A DNA stretch of 58,829 nucleotides, counting the filler, from Diploschistes diacapsis (lineage: Eukaryota): the NCBI GenBank assembly GCA_023645945.1. It is 4 parts of 4 records of this genome, joined end to end, with 100 filler letters (N's around TTAATTAATTAA, not from the genome) between each part and the next. Parts side by side here need not be neighbours in the genome. Positions count along the whole stretch, not along the records: positions 1 to 31,925 come from JALAIB010000110.1; 3 more parts are not named here. The stretch is one strand, 5' to 3'. The notes beneath the pieces were generated by a model. It was given only the letters and a program-made list of their open reading frames with translations, was not told where the DNA came from and did not search any database. Positions 1 through 12,479 of this stretch are shown here, one piece after another; position 1 is the stretch's first letter; the number at the start of each line of letters is the position of its first letter. Both the position numbers and the translations under genes were made by a program.

Positions 1-226
1 TGTTTATATATAATTAACTCGCTTATCGTTTATTATAAATTTAACGAACGATGTTCTCGAGGCTCGTCGCTTACGAAAATAAACGCGATTATTAAGCGAT
101 AATAAAAGTTTATTCGTTATTTATAAAAATAAGCGCGAGTAGTAAGCGCATTACGTGACCTTTAATCCCGTGACTGACCTATATACAAAACTGGGACGTA
201 CCAAGTCTGGTACTTGGATCGTAACA
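1..226 (-). mobile_element. AT-rich, probably RIP-mutated LTR end of a retrotransposon at the contig start
   Basis: The minus strand begins TGTTACGATCCAAGT at 226. The same 15-mer starts an AT-rich tract at 40750 (+). The sequence is TpA-rich. Confidence 0.5.
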
Positions 227-468
227 TATCAACATTTGGTAAGAGAAGGCAACGGAAGGAAGTGGTAGGGTGCGTTTTTGGTGGTGTACGACAGTAGGAG
301 TAAATCACGTTTCCCAGGGTCCGCTTGCCTCGCGACAGTGCTTCGATTGTGTTGAAAGTGGAAGTGGGATCACTAACTAGGCAATAAGACTAGGGAAATA
401 AAGTATTTTTATTATAGGAGGTAATGAATGAAGATGAAGATATTTTATTATTAATACAGATAATAATA

Positions 469-665
469 ACGTGTTTCACCACACAACGGAACACACCACA
501 AAGCGGAACACTACATTATAATGTAATTACGCTAGATCGAGCGCTTTCATATTTATACGAAGCTAAATCTATTTTTAATCACATTACCTTCAAGAAATAC
601 ACCTTATGAAGGTGCAGGGATTATGTTCCGCTTTGTGGTGTGTTCCGTTGTGTGGTGAAACACGT
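469..665. mobile_element. MITE, pogo/Fot1 (Tc1-mariner) type, copy 1
   Basis: Perfect 42-bp TIRs ACGTGTTTCACCACACAACGGAACACACCACAAAGCGGAACA (469-510 / 624-665), flanked by TA at 467-468 and 666-667, with internal direct repeats in the TIR and no transposase. Confidence 0.92.
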
Positions 666-937
666 TAATGGATGGAAATGAAGATAATCGCTACAAATGG
701 TGGGAGGTGAAAGATCTTTTATAAGATACTTTCACCTGATTATTACTAGTAATCTATATTACCTAGTAATCTCCAATAATGTTGGATCTCCTAATCCAAC
801 ATTTATTGGATCCATGATCCAAAAACCATTGGATCATTAATCCAATAATCCAATCATCCTTCCTAATAGCCTCTAGCTACTAATAGAATAATCGATTATT
901 GCAATAGAATCCTCGATAGTCTAGAACCTCCTAGAAC

Positions 938-1111
938 TGTAACAGCGGGGGTTAGTGCCTAATAGGTAGCAACTATCCCACTGAGTCAAAAGACTGAACA
1001 CAATGCTTTCAGGAACCCCGGAGCACTGTTTTCCCTATTACACTATATGTAGGTGCGTAGCTGTGGCAGCAGGGGGACCTGAACCCCGGTGCGCACACTG
1101 CGGGTGTTACA
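938..1111. mobile_element. Solo LTR (174 bp) with 5-bp target-site duplication
   Basis: Starts TGTAACA and ends TGTTACA (7-bp inverted ends, TG..CA). AGAAC is duplicated at 933-937 and 1112-1116. Confidence 0.8.
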
Positions 1112-1853
1112 AGAACCTTCGGGGTCCATTAGTTGCTTAGTCAGACAAACTAACCTATTTGGGTTAATAATCTGACAGATTGCGTGCTGTTCTGCTCCAG
1201 GAACAGTAAAGATGTTAAGGCCGACGTCTACCACCATGTGCATTGATCTTACCTTCCGAGTCTTTGTGCAACGAGACGTAGTTTACTCTGGCCAAGACAG
1301 AATCTGGACTGTGCTGATCCGATCACGCTACGTTGCGCAGGAGGGTCAACAACGCGAAGACTACATGAAAGGAACAGACTCTAGGAGATTCTCGCTATAG
1401 CCAACGCAGTTCAGGTGTAAAGAATCCGAATGCAAGTAACTAACTTCCACACCTGGGCGAAGCAAACATGCAAGTCGGCTAATCCCAAACAGGCCTAGAA
1501 CACGCAGAACGAGACCGAGAACGAGAACGAGAACGACACACTGCCTAACCTGGTACAGTAGCAGCCTGCTGCCTGTTCTTTCCTGACATGTTTTGTGGAT
1601 CGTGGATGGTTTTCGCCATAGGAGCAGAAACAAAGCAATAATAATGCTGCGGCTCTTATGACAGCACAACCCAGGCCGCGTCCTCATTTACCGAACAGTA
1701 CTAGTTCACGAGAACTGGTCGCTGATATAGTTTGCCCTATTGGAGTATATAAAGCGTAGAAACCATGCATGTACAAACACAGTCTGCTTCAGCGGTGCTC
1801 TTTCAAGTCTTGATATCCATAGATTCACTTCACTATCCGAAAGCCAGATAGCC

Positions 1854-2944
1854 ATGTCGACAACAGGCGCCAGCCAACCTCCCATTGCCACGCCTACAGC
1901 GCTCGCGGGCGCCAAAAATCAATATTACCATTATGATCCTTCGAGTGCGGCCGCAATTCTGGCATTGGTCACTCTCTCCTGTACAACAGCCTTGCACATG
2001 TTTCAGATGTTGAGGACAAGAACTTGGTATTTTGTACCATTTGTGGTCGGTGGCTTCTGTAAGCAAGCTCTGATCTTATTGCCGACGTCGTCGTTCACCC
2101 CCACATACCCACAAAACCCTTATGATAACAGAAAGAACGACTGACCTGCTTTGGGTAGTGGAATGCCTAGGATATGTAGCACGTGTCATCAACTCGTACC
2201 AAACTCCTAATTGGACCACCGCCGTGTTCATCATTGAAGAGTTGGGTATCCTGATCGCTCCAGCCTTTCTTGCGGCGTCAATGTACATCTTGTTTGGCCG
2301 CATAATTCGATTGACGGACGGCGACAGCCGATCCTTGATCAGGCAGAAATATTTAACCGCCATCTTCGTCTGCGGAGATGTCCTTTCCCTCTTCACACAA
2401 GCTGCCGGTAAGCGTGCCATGGCATAACCAACTGGCTTGACAAAGAGCTAACGGGCATGCAACAGGCGGAGGTGAACTCGCATCAGCAAAACCAGACACA
2501 ATACAACTTGGCGAAAAGATCATCGAAGCCGGTCTCTTCTTACAGATCATTTCCTTCGGCACGTTTGTCCTCTGCGGCATCGCATTCCATTACCGAATCA
2601 CCAAGCGCCCAACAACCGCGTCGACATCGCCCTGGAACCCATGGCAGAAGCACATGTACACGCTGTACGCCACCAGCTCTCTAGTTTTTGGGCGATGCAT
2701 TTTCAGAGTGGTCATGTACCTGCAGGGAACAGACGGATCGATTTCCAGCTCCGAGGTCCTCGTCTACATTTTCGATTTTCTGTTCATCTTCATTGTCATG
2801 GTCTCTTTTAACATTGTTCATCCTAGCGAAGTACACGCTTTGCTGCACGGTGGAGGTAAAATCGCTTGGCGTGGGAGTTTCAAGCATATCAGTGTCCCTT
2901 CTCATGAGGACCAAGCCGCATTCAACCTTGAGCACGGAACGTGA
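1854..2944 (+). CDS. RTA1-like (lipid-translocating exporter) membrane protein; 3 exons (introns ~2059-2158, 2408-2465)
   Basis: Y-H-Y-D-P-S N-terminus, ECLGYVAR, LIAPAFLAASMYILFGRII, FVCGDVLSLFTQA, RCIFRVVMY, YIFD and HP motifs. Canonical splice sites join the ORF fragments. Confidence 0.88.
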
Positions 2945-3176
2945 TGATCCCTGAAATTCGCAGAGTGCAATAGGGAACAGCATCTGCTGTAGCGTGCCCT
3001 TCCAACTCCATGAGCAAGAGAGCGTGTTATGACGCACCAGAATCGAAGCTTACTTAAATCGGTCCTCGGATCTGTTAGGTTAGCTCACAGTTTAGACTTT
3101 GATAGCCAAAAGTGAACATGAAAACGGGCTAATGAAGACCATGAATCCTGGATGTACCATCAGACCATGGCTTCTT

Positions 3177-4776
3177 CTATGTTGGAATTCCCGTCATGTT
3201 CGACAGATTGATCCAGTAAGGATACACAACGTCTCCGTCGAGGCGCTCTATCCTCTGCTGGACCAAAGTATCCGTCTTTGCCGACAAAGTCTCGTCAGTT
3301 GCCCTTTGGCAAACGACGTCCGCAACTGCGTGGTCCTTCGTAACGGGCCAAATCTCGACAGATTTTCTAACGCGATCAACATTCATGGCATCCTCTGCCC
3401 AGATCAGACAATGCGTCCAGGGCTCGTTGAGAGCCCCTTTGATCGCTCTGAAAACCGTCTCGGCCCAACCGACTAGGCACCAACTCTTGGTATCGTGGTA
3501 CAAAAGTACGCAATAGTGAGCCAGTATCACCAACGCCATAGGCCTTCCCAGTCTGAGCAGCTTGATATACTCTTCGTCGATCGCAGAGCCCCAGCGTAGA
3601 GTTTGCTCGAAATCGCTGGGTAGAAGGACCATAGTACTGAACTCCCAGGACAACAGTTTTATGGCGTGTGCATAATATCCTTGCTCTTCAGCCGGTACAG
3701 TCGTTTTGTTCAACGTTTCGAGGTCCTCCAAAGCTGTCATGAACTCTCTCGATTGCTTTTCAGGTGGCACAAATTGTTTACGCGAGGACCGGAAGGGAGG
3801 ATTCATTCTGTCGATGAGGTAGGGCAAAGAACTTCGCCAGAGCTGAACGGTTTTACGAATCAGTAGAAATTTGTCGAGGACATTTGCTATGGGGTCGAAG
3901 TCTGGACTTGGCTTCAAGCCCAGAGGCAATGGGCGACCCATTTCAGCAAGGATGGTGATCCCTGCTGCTGCGCAGACGGCATGAACGTTGTCTGCAGAGA
4001 TCTTATGTACAGCGTTTCGGAACTCGGTAGCAGCATGACATTGGTGATAGGATGCGAGGCGCTGATAGCGCTGCTGTCCATAAGGTCGCAGGCGGGCATT
4101 GTGAATTGCTGATAAGGCAAGCAAATTGTGTCTAAGATAAGCGGACGTTTTCGCAAGCTCGGGTATACTGTGGCGCCATACATACTGCTTGTAAGAATCT
4201 GCAGCAAGGGAGAACGCCGTAATTTTATGGTAATGATGGAAGAGTTCAATATCATCAGTAAGAAGCCCAGTTCCCAAGAAGGCGGAAGATGATAACAAAG
4301 AGGTGGCGCTAAGAGGCGATATATAAGACTGCAATGGTTGTTCAATGCTCTGGGTGCTTTCGACCTGGCTACCAATAGAAGCGTGAAATCTCATATTTTG
4401 TGGCAATGGTGGGTTGAAGCGTTCCAGTGCCGTAGAGATATGCTTTTCACGCCGCGAGGACGATCTAGCAAAGAATTTGAAGTCGTCGTCCTCGTATTGA
4501 CATCTGATGCCACGTTTTCGGCCTATGAGAACTTCATGAGCAGCCCTTCATCTCCGCTGAGTCAACAGTTTGGCTCACAGTTGGCACAACAAGGAGGGAT
4601 CGAGTCACACTGGACCAGGTGATTAGAATTTGTCTCATGAATATCAGAGCCAGCAACTGGAATGCTAAAAGAGAGAGCTTGGGTGCCACAAAGCTTCGTC
4701 TTACCTTCTTATGCGATTTCTTGCATTGCATGCAGGCGCCAAAATTTTTAGCATGGGAACGCCGTAAGCCAGCCAT
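3177..4776 (-). CDS. Zn2Cys6 transcription factor, UPC2/sterol-uptake-control-like; 2 introns in the cluster region
   Basis: After splicing the cluster reads CMQCKKSHKKCDSIPPCCANCRKRGIRC and continues in frame into the 409-aa ORF (ELFHHY, LLALSAIH, PMALVILAHY motifs). Confidence 0.85.
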
Positions 4777-5117
4777 CTCAAGTCTTCAAATATGAGAAGC
4801 TACATGCGTGAATGAAATCAATGCTGGGTAAGCGAAAGTCTCCGAGTCAAATCTTCGATTATCTAGTTGCAGAGGTCAGTCTGGTGTATGCGTTATAGGA
4901 GGAAAAGTAGCGAGCCGACATTAGGCATGCACATAGCATTTGCGGAAGTAAAGTTATCCCGCTCCACATTTGGACATGGATTGAGAAGGAACCCAATTCA
5001 GGATGGTCTCGGCGCTGTTTTAGGCAACCCTTCTCATTCCTACCAACTGCCCTGCGCTGTCCTGGCACACAGCTCCTATACTATTATCATAAGACTATAG
5101 CATATCCCTAGTAGCCT

Positions 5118-6594
5118 TTGAGAACTGGAGTTAACCCCTTGACAGATCAAAGCTCGAAGCTTTGTCACTACTGCAGAACGCACGTCTTTGGAAGGCATGC
5201 ATGGGCGAAGTTATGGGGAGAACCTGAGAGTGACCCGAAACCTTCACTCAAGTATACTGCCGCGTGTGAAGCGCTTCTTGCTTCTCTAGAGGAAAAGTGC
5301 CAGTTCTGCAATTTCCTGTGCGGTAAATCTGGACTATCCAACACGCTGTACGAGTCACCTAGGATATAGGTGTCAAGTATCTTTGGATAGACGCACTTTG
5401 CATTGTGCAAGATTCGGGTGGCGATCTTCTGGAGGAAATCTCGCGCATGCGTCTTTGCTACGCAAATGCCCTTGTTATCCTTGCTGCTTCGCGCGCCAGT
5501 GATGTGCAGGAGGGTTTCGCATGAATCATCCATTTGATGACGGTGTGTGTAAGGCAGCACCTGCAGGACTAGGTCCTGGGTGTAGTCAAGCAATAGAGGT
5601 GCCGTGTCACTCTCCAACTTAGGAAGAGGAAAAGGTCTTCCTGGATTTGTCACCCAGATGGTATGAACCAGTGCAGGAGCCATTAAATGAAAGGGCGTCG
5701 ACTCTCCAGGAGCGTCTTCTCTGCCCCCGCGTTCTGGCATTTCCTTTTGGGGGGAGCTTCCTCCTTCAATGTGAAACAGAGCAACGGCATGACGATTAAA
5801 TAGGATTCGGCCACCAGTCCGGAAGCGACCGCATCTTTCAGTTCAGTATTCTGAGTTGGCAGAGTTCCGCGACAGCTCTAAATCACAAAACTTGTACTAT
5901 TCTTAGTTGATGCTTGTCAGAGACTACAGTAACCGCAAACTTTCCGTTGTTGGTGACAGGTTTAGTGCAATTGCTAGGATTGCAAAACCATATCAAACCC
6001 ATATCTGGAAGCTATTTGGGGACCAGCTAGCAGGTCACTAGAGTAGTTATCTGATCCAGAATCTGCACTGGTATGTCTCAAACTCTAGTATGAGGCCAGC
6101 AGCAGAGAGGGTTCGCCTTGGTCATGGCTCTTAATTGACAGTCGGGTCATACCTCTATCCGCCATAACTTTTCGACAACTTTATGTCAGTTTAGTTGAGG
6201 TCCAATTCTACGGCGTGAGGCTTGTATCAGAAAGGCTCCCATTTGGACAAGTTCACCAGGCTCCCTATCAATGAAAGCAAAGATAGGCAAAGGTTGCTGG
6301 GTCTCGCAGAACAGTCACGAAAATTTCCCTCCATTGGAAGTCGAAGGCGGTGGCAGGTGCAGTGAGCAAGCTATTGCTATGGCGGACACGATAGCAGATT
6401 TCTCCGCAAAGCCAACCGAAGTATTCTTCCTGCCGCTGTTCTCAGCTAGTCCTCGTTCAAATTTGTATGACCTGCTTCTGCAGCGTGTCGTGCCTTCGTA
6501 CGAGAGCCTATCCCGCCGGGTTGGGTACTTCATCCAAGCTCCTCAAGAAATTCTGAACGCCTGCATGGCAGCACCATCAGCGACCATCATTTGA
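5118..6594 (+). pseudogene. HET-domain (heterokaryon incompatibility-like) pseudogene
   Basis: Fragments YLWIDALCIVQDS, YANALVILAA, EPLNERASTLQERLLCPRVL and YSNRKLSVVGDRFSAIA occur in shifting frames with multiple stops. Confidence 0.75.
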
Positions 6595-9173
6595 GCTCCT
6601 AATACATATGGTTCGCTTCGAGTATCTTTGTAGATACATCATTTGAGAAGGGTTCCATCTTAAGGCTTGATACCTGTGACAGGGTTATGTGCCATAAAGC
6701 TATGGTGACGCGGTAGCTTAGCTTTATGCTAGATATGTAGATATGCGGAAGAAAAAGAAAGGTGCGATCTGCGCGCACTGAAAAGCTTGCACACCAAGGC
6801 CCCGTAATGATCGCGAATTGAGTCGAAGCTAGATCGGAAGCGAACGGGACTAGCCTAGATCTAGATCAGCTAGCAAGCAACTTCCTATGGTGGGATTAGG
6901 TTATCCTAACCAAACAGCTAGATATAATAGCTTGCAACAGCTTGCCGTGCTATCTGCGGGAAAATAATACTGCTTCACCGTCTAAGCGGCGGGAAGCTTT
7001 AAGATGATCAGGTTGAGGTCTGGCCATTATAGACCAGAATACAGAGGCGTATTCGCACTGACAGGGGAGGAAGGAGTATCCATAACCTCTTGGAGAAAAA
7101 ATTCTGAAAGGATGTGATGTTGTAGGAATAGTTGCATAGAGAGTGCTAACAAAATTCTACATAGGCACACCACCAGTGATGATAAGCATCACTTGAGCTG
7201 GGTAGAGGAACTAAGAAGCGATGGAAGACGAGCAAAGAAACAAGGTAAGTCCTCCACATCCTACTCTATCTGGAGCATACGACTATTCAAACGCTTTCAT
7301 CTACATCATATTACCGAGGCTACTAACTCTGGCTAGTTTGAAACAACACAGCGGCTGCCTTCAAGCTTACTCTTGGAGAGTTTGTAAGACGTCTTGAAGA
7401 CTTTCCTGAACCAATACCTCCTATGGCGCTGTGTATCCTGCACATCTATATCCTCTCATCGTTTTTGCCCTTTCACTCTTTTCGAGTGCGTTTCAAGCCT
7501 TTCTTTATGATGCATCGGCACCAGTTGATTTTTTGTACTCTGGTTGAGCACTACGAGGTACGGTAGCTTGCCCTCTTTGTATGTGTCGTCATTGTGTCCG
7601 TATCCAATAATGCCGGGCTAGCTGCTGGCCCGTTTTTTTCCGCGCTAAATTCGGTCCAAAGAGCATTGGATTAACTTCGTGAAGATGCTCATGCAATGCA
7701 TCTAACCCGTGGACGAGATCTGGTAGGCTGTACAAGCCATTGAATCCAAGAAGCACGGCAGGGCGGGGTGAGTTGGGGAGTGCCTTGGGCTCCCAATGCC
7801 GTAGTGGCTAAAGAGCAACCTCAAAGGCGAGACGAGCGCTGCAACTGTGGTGTGAGAGAATATAAGAGCCATCTGCCAGGCAGAACACCCAGAGGAACTT
7901 AAAGCCGAAAAGAACGTCGCGAACATGCCGGAATGGACAGCCTCCTGAGCGAGATGCGCGCGATTATCCTTGATAGGCTCGTACGGGAGTATGGGGTGAT
8001 AAGGGTAGTTGGTGACAGTGTAGTTGAGAGAAACGATCCCGGCGATGGCCCTCACCAGAGTCCTTTGACTGATGAGGCGTGGGCAACATTAGCCTTGATC
8101 GACGTTGAAGTAAGTTGAGGATTGCGCCAGACGCTGCCATGGATATGGACATGCCATCGAGGAGTTTGGGCTGCGAACCTAGATCCGAAAGGAAGATGAC
8201 GGGATAGCCTATAAAGGCTGAGGTATCCTGGGGTTTATGAAAGTTCGATGTTGATAGCCTGAAAGCGATTTCCCTTGCGTGCGAAGTACGGCATACCTAT
8301 GGCAGCAATCACGGGGATGGGCACCGGAAGATGAGGACTCGTGACCTTAGCATGCTGCTATTCGACGCACTTTTGTGATCTTGCATTTTGATCTCTCCTT
8401 TGTACTTCTTCGATGGATTTCAGCCCGCGTGATTACGTGGCGGACAGTATTGTCAAGGGTGCTGTAAGTCTCGCGCCAGGAACTTAGAACGAGGCAAGAT
8501 CGCTGTAAGAGTTTATAAATAGCCTCTATCTCCTGTTTAACTGGGGAATGGCCGCGCTTCTACAGCGTCGAGGCTGTAACCTTGATCTTCTGAGGATAGT
8601 AAGTATGATCTGTTCGTTCCTTAACAAGCCATTTCTACCAGCTTTAATCATTGCAACGGTACTGTTGGCTCTCATCACCTTGATGCATGAGTAGCAGACT
8701 CATGGGCTTCTAGGGTAGTGGATATGCATGTCATGCCTGCTCTAATGTAGCGGAAGTAGGTCGTCTCGCATTAGGGAACCGTTTGAAGGGGGCGCGACCT
8801 AAATTGTAAGGGCATCCTGGTTCGGTATTTGCGGGCCTTGCGGACTTCAGCAATCGATACACCGACGGGGCTCTTCAAGTTGATACTTTGCTGTGCATGA
8901 GAGTAATATATAAAACTGGATCTTGTCAGCAGTTGTTGCGCTGTCCCAAGTAGATCTTGCCTTTTCGATGTTAGCAAGCAGGGTTTCTTGGTTCTAGCCC
9001 CCAACTCCGGAAAGCTAGCCTTTCTTGGCCTAGAAAGTCAATATGTGCCTGGCAAGTTGCTTCCAGTTTTCCAATGGTGTCAATGTAGTTCCTTGACTCT
9101 CAGCGGCTCAGCTGCATGTTGGATGCTTTGATCATGCATAATCCCGCAAGCTTGATTCGGCGCTGCTATCATC

Positions 9174-10661
9174 ATGGTGAATCGACGGAAGATCTCGGCA
9201 GCCTGCGCTCCATGTAGGAAGAGAAAACTTCGGGTTTGCTTTGGATTCTTCTGCAGATTGTGGGCTGACTTTAACGCAGTGTGATCTTAAAAAGGAAAGT
9301 TGTAGTCAATGCATTAGAGCCGGAATCTCCTGCTTCGGCTACCGTGACCCCAATGGCCTTATAATCCACGACGAAAGCCTCAAGACGCAGCAAAGAGTCG
9401 TGTCAACCTTCGAAACGTACACAGCTACTACGCCCATCCATTTGGATCTCGCACAGGATGTCCGTGCGCGCATGGCCTTTTTCTCATTCGATGTCTCGGG
9501 CTTGTCTCAATCGCACGGTGCGCTTGCCTCTCTTTTAGTGCAGGGTTCGCCGGACAAGCATCTTACTGAGAGCGTCGATGCTGTTAGTCTGGCTTTTATG
9601 GCTCATCACAATAGGCAGTTACCTTTTGATAGGCTAGCCCGTGCCAAATATATAGAAGCCATTCGGCAGATCAACAAGGTTCTAAAGAGCCCCCACCTTG
9701 CAACAGCGGATACCACGCTACAGTCTGTGCTACTTCTCGATCTCTATGAGAAATTGGTCAATCGCGATCAATTGGATGCTTCTGCGTGGATAGCACATGT
9801 GAATGGTGCTGTAGCTCTTGTGAAAGCTCGTGGTACACGGAACGTTAGTAGTCACACTGCACGCCAACTTGCCTGGCGTCTCATAACGATGACGATTATC
9901 GGTTGCGCCGTTGTTTCAATGCGGATCCTGGACGCTTTGCTAGAGCTTCGTCAAAATTTCAGGCCGTTCTACTTAGAGAATGATAATAAGTGGCGCATCG
10001 CGGAGCTTTGTTTCAATCTGGTCGATCTGAAAGCGGACATTAGTGAGGGCAGGCTTATTACGAAGACAGATATCTTAGGCGCAGGCTGGGCTCTTGAATC
10101 TCGTTTTGCAGCAATGCAAGAAGAATTGCTATTGTCATGGTGACCTATCCCTATCGCAACTAGGGTGGACGACCCACCAGTTTTGGCAGATCACTATGAT
10201 CTAGATCAGGACCATTTCGTTACGCAGGGTGCGAACGTCTTCCGGACAATGCGTATGTTGCTGCACAGCACACTTCTATACCATACCACAGGGGATCTAT
10301 CGCAGATCAACCCAGCAAGTCCCCCGTCTTGCGAGATTATAGAAGCCAGTTTGCGTGAAATATGCGCGAGCGCTCCACAATTCTTTCTAGCAGGAGCTAG
10401 GCCAGGGAATGAGCTGCCCTTCTCGCTGTCACAAATCCAGCAGTGCTACGCTCTTTTACCGCCCTTGTATATGGCTAGTCAATTATCAAAAGACCCGAAA
10501 GTACGAGCTTGGGTGATTGGTATCATGCACCATATGGCCAAGGCTGGAATGTGGGAATGGCGGGAAGAATCGCCGAGGTTCTAGAGGAGGGCAATGAGTT
10601 GCCGCGCTGGAATGTCTATGCCAAGCTGGGAAGCTATGCTTTTGAGACACGGATATCATAG
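9174..10661 (+). pseudogene. Zn2Cys6 transcription factor, probably disrupted
   Basis: Cluster ACAPCRKRKLR|CDLKKESCSQCIRAGISC across an intron. In-frame TGA at 10141-10143, and a frameshift near 10550 before the tail WNVYAKLGSYAF. Confidence 0.75.
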
Positions 10662-11245
10662 GAGGCTCGGAGATATCACGAACAACTTCGTACGGCTTTA
10701 CTGCAAGAGGCGATCCCGGCGCGGCCAACTCTTATGCTTGTGAGAAGTCCACTAACAGCACTAGAAGGTATAACGCGCAGTAGAAAAAGCGCTTGCAACG
10801 ATCCCGTTGTAGCAACTGTCAGTACCTAGCCACACCGCTTCAGGCCTTTCAAAGGCGGATGCATCCCCTCAACAGGCCGTTGAGTTTTAAGCTGCCTGCA
10901 TGGCGCTGGGAGAAACTGCGGGGTCATCGGGTTCTCAGCTGTGGTCCGAAATAGGGCCGTAGGTACGGAGATAGTTCATCAAGTGCCCACGGAAACTTCA
11001 TACTCTTCGGTCTATTTCGGTTTCCCATCGTTCGCCGAGCTGGTAAACTACCACTTGATGCTTTATGGCGTCGAACCGAATTCAAGGATTCTATTGGCTC
11101 CAATTGGCAGAAACCTTGGAGTCGGAGCATTACTAGGCACTCAATCTCCGAGAGTCCTTCCCCCAATCCATCTAGATATAGGTCTCTGTCCCCGCCAGCA
11201 TATCGCTAACGTGAAGAAAATCTTGACCCCTATCAAAGCGCTACC

Positions 11246-12130
11246 ATGTCCTCTAGCAAGCAGACGGTTTTAATCACAGGTGCAAATACTGGCCTTGGCC
11301 TTGAGGTTGTCAAAGCTCTTTGTGCTTCTGATGATGCCTACGCCATCATTCTTGGGGGTAGATCTCCACAAAAGATAAAAGACGCCATTCAGTACCTCCA
11401 TCTCGAGTATCCAAAGACCAAATCAACCCTCGACGAAGTACAAATCGATGTTGAAGACGATACCTCTATATCCCAAGCCTTCGATAAGATATCCGCATCT
11501 TACTCCCATCTTGACTGCCTCATTAACAATGCTGGTGAGCCCTTAGATTACCCTCTGAGCCTAAGCTTTCATGTGTAACATCAAAACTGAATGACATACC
11601 CAGGCGGTGCCTTTGAGCAAGCCTACCACCGCGGTGAAATGGGCCTACGCGCCTGCTGGCTCAAGAGCTGGGACGTCAACGTCGCAGGCGCCTACATCAT
11701 GACGCACACCTTCGTGCCGCTGCTCCTCAAGTCCGCCTCGCCACGCCTCCTCTTCATCACCAGCGGCACCGCCTCCGTCGCTGAGACGGAGGACCTAGTC
11801 GGCGGTTTCAAGCATCTGACGCAGGCTCCTGCCAAAGGCTGGCCAAAGACGCAGAGCTTCGACGTCACGGCCTACCGCAGCTCCAAGGTTGGCCTGAACA
11901 TGATGATGCGCCAATGGGAGCGGATCCTAAGGGAGGACGGCGTCAAGGTCTTCGCGATCAGCCCTGGGTTTCTTGCGACGGGTTTGGGGAACATGGGTGC
12001 GGAGAAGTTGAGGGCGATGGGCGCCCAGGATCCGGAGGTTGGGGGCAAGTTTATCAGGGATGTGGTGGAGGGGAATCGGGACGAGTATGCTGGGAAGGCC
12101 ATTCGGGAGAATATGGTGCAACCCTGGTAG
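11246..12130 (+). CDS. Short-chain dehydrogenase/reductase; 1 intron (~11535-11603)
   Basis: ITGANTGLG Rossmann motif, LINNAG, catalytic YRSSK, ISPGFLAT. Confidence 0.92.
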
Positions 12131-12479
12131 AGCTAGGTGGGCCTTTGTGAGGATGAGCATAGTATCTTTCATATATGCACCATCATAATCTTACCCACAA
12201 TCAACCTACTAAATTAAGATTGTTAGTGTTCCTTATAGTTACGACGTGAGAGAGGAAAGAGGAACGACGCAGGTGGTATCTACTGGCCCAGGCTTTCGAT
12301 GTAAATCGTTAAGACGGCCAGTTCGGCTACTATCGGCACTCGGCGCCGAGCATTTTCATCTTCCGACTACCGACTACGCTGCCAACATTTATCGTTATTT
12401 AATGGTTTTATTTAACTTGATTACTCGGGGTAGTGCCAATAAACATAAAAGGTATTATTTCGTTCGACACCTGTGTGAG

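Noticed and set aside
4520..4580. Apparent premature stop in the UPC2-like zinc cluster
   Set aside because: A GTGAGC...CATAG intron removes it and restores the frame.
6675..6940. Possible solo LTR (TGTGACA...TGCAACA)
   Set aside because: No matching target-site duplication and imperfect ends.
7600..8230. Stop-riddled coding-like relic (similar relics at 13200-13740 and 29460-29990)
   Set aside because: Too degenerate to assign to a family without a database search.
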